Positions 31,793 to 32,000 of a stretch of 32,000 bases of DNA are shown here, piece after piece (the stretch's first letter is position 1; each line of letters starts with the position of its first letter). The translations under genes and the position numbers were made by a program. The stretch lies in the NCBI RefSeq assembly GCF_000017305.1, contig NC_009806.1, positions 150,573 to 182,572 of the forward strand, given 5' to 3'. The notes beneath the pieces are model-generated. The model did no database searches, was not told the DNA's origin, and was given only the letters and a program-made list of their open reading frames with translations. Origin of the DNA: Kineococcus radiotolerans SRS30216 = ATCC BAA-149. Its GTDB lineage: Bacteria; Actinomycetota; Actinomycetes; Actinomycetales; Kineococcaceae.

Positions 31793-32000
31793 GTTTGGGG
31801 CTACCGCCTCCAGGTGTTTTCGAGGCTGCGAGCCGTTGCTGTGGCTTGACGTTTGTGCGTCAGAGCCGGCGTATCGGGCCGTCAGGCCCGGGTACGCGGT
31901 GTTGCGTGGTGAGCGCGAAGCGCGACAGCAGTCGAACTTCATGACTAAGAACTCTGAAACTTAGTGGGTTTCGATTCGCGCCAGCGGAGCGAGACCCACT

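Noticed and set aside
30239-31942. 567-aa minus-strand ORF, the longest in the track
   Set aside because: The translation is Arg/Ser/Pro/Ala-rich with no domain-like stretches. It is exactly antisense to two plus-strand ORFs whose sequence and third-position GC pattern look coding. This is the typical shadow ORF of high-GC DNA.
31941-32000. tRNA or tmRNA 3' half at the window end
   Set aside because: The first hairpin has a 10-nt loop rather than a 7-nt anticodon loop. The TTCGATTC string is not flanked by complementary 5-bp T-stem arms on either strand. The element cannot be called an RNA gene from what is visible.

Overview
High-GC (about 70%) actinobacterial-type DNA. Bases 1-6600 look mostly chromosomal. 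They carry the tail of a prepilin-peptidase-like gene, a 12-bp VNTR, a small RHH + HTH replication-initiator-like module with an internal palindrome array, then dxr, a secreted CAP-domain protein, a PD-(D/E)XK-like protein and an orphan ABC ATPase. Bases ~6600-30200 form an accessory island of about 40 small, mostly unrecognisable genes, almost all on the minus strand, many joined by 4-nt ATGA/GTGA stop-start overlaps. The main signal is a conserved ~40-bp module, read on the minus strand as TAG(T/C)GTGCTATGGTT ... GGACAGCGACCC. It occurs 11 times in one orientation, each time just upstream of a run of 1-5 co-directional genes. I read it as a repeated promoter/operator plus leader that puts the island under one control, as in a conjugative leading region or a phage early region; this is inference. 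Recognisable island genes are a WhiB-family regulator, a DEDDh exonuclease, a GNAT-like domain, a plasmid-type GDWG protein, a DUF6884-like protein and an Rv3235-like protein. A differently organised insert at 16.2-20.3 kb holds an APH-like kinase, a HAD hydrolase, a low-GC membrane protein and a DinB-family protein, with its own short dispersed repeat. Two ORFs in the track are frame chimeras (frameshifts). All family names come from motif recognition by eye; no database search was possible.
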